A DNA stretch of 64,000 bases, taken from the NCBI GenBank assembly GCA_964016885.1, contig OZ024751.1, forward strand, positions 38,936,001 through 39,000,000. The letters run 5' to 3'. This document shows, one piece after another, positions 63,102-64,000 of this stretch. A model generated the notes under the pieces. It saw only the letters and a program-made list of their open reading frames with translations. It did no database searches and was not told the origin of the DNA. Every line of letters begins with the position of its first letter. Positions within the stretch are counted from its first letter, which is position 1. A program made the position numbers and the translations under genes. The stretch comes from Eledone cirrhosa. Its lineage: Eukaryota.

Positions 63102-64000
63102 GGGTGGGGGGATATGTGTGTGTGTATTTATCTATAACCTTATATATTTCCGTGCGTGTGTGTGTGTGTGTCTGTGTGTGTCTGTGCCTGCGCGTGTATG
63201 TTTCGTCTCAGGGGCAATGTAACAATTTTAAAATGTTATGTTTAGAGATTTTGGCCAGAAAACTCAGCACATTACCTAAAATAAAATAAAATATATTTCT
63301 AAAGATGAAACATTATATATAAATTAATGGCGTCACCAACATGTATGTGCGTGCCCTTTCTGAAAAATTTATAAAAATTCAGTATTTACGTATATTTTCA
63401 TATTTGTAGTTATATGTTCAAACTCCATTATACTCGTCGTTTAAACTTCTTTACTGCTTTCTTTCATTGAACGTCATCCATGCTGGAGCAACATGCTTAA
63501 TGATTTTATACAATCATATTAACCCAGATACTTATTTCTGTTTCATACCTATTTTAACGATCTCAAATTGTCGACTGTTGAGGAAACATTAACGCATAAG
63601 AGATAGTTGTAGTATGTTTGAAGCATTGGGCTTTGTGTATAAGAAGGTATGTAATTCGAAAGCTGCGACAATGCGAAAGGTGTGGTACGATTTAAGATAA
63701 AAGAAGGTAACAAAGCTGCTCTGTGTTACCTGTTCTTTATTTAAATACGACCTTAATTATTTAGATTGAATCTCCGAATCAGAAGTAACAAATTTAGGAA
63801 ATTAACATATATGAAATAATCACAATCGTTAATTTTGAAGTGCTACCAATTTCAATATGAGTATTTAAGTTTCCCTTATCGTAATTATTTCCAAACATAA
63901 ATGTACAAGTATAGATATATTTAGCAGTTTCTGGTGGAAAGTTTAATCTGAATTACAAAATCATTTTAAAAAGTTTTAAATTTTGTTTTTAGCACTGTTC

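Overview
AT-rich eukaryotic non-coding DNA with a very high density of microsatellites. The repeat landscape resembles a cephalopod (Octopus-like) genome, which is an inference from recall. No intact protein-coding gene is supported; almost all ORF-track calls are microsatellite translations. The window holds more than a dozen copies of a ~190-bp SINE (several with clear TSDs), other tRNA-headed SINE remnants, two MITEs, an inverted tRNA-like pair, a 35-bp minisatellite and a decayed RTE LINE 3' end. The main signal is a set of short elements embedded in (TA)n arrays with three recurring traits: (i) type I hammerhead ribozyme motifs, mostly the minimal form with a palindromic stem III; (ii) long fold-back palindromes at their 5' ends, with arms up to a perfect 156 bp, and in one family the turn falls in hammerhead stem II; (iii) a shared TACTC...GAGTRC hairpin 40-75 nt before the 3' junction with the microsatellite. 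The best interpretation is several families of microsatellite-targeting, ribozyme-bearing Penelope-like retroelements that create genomic hairpins. All alignments and folds were done by eye.
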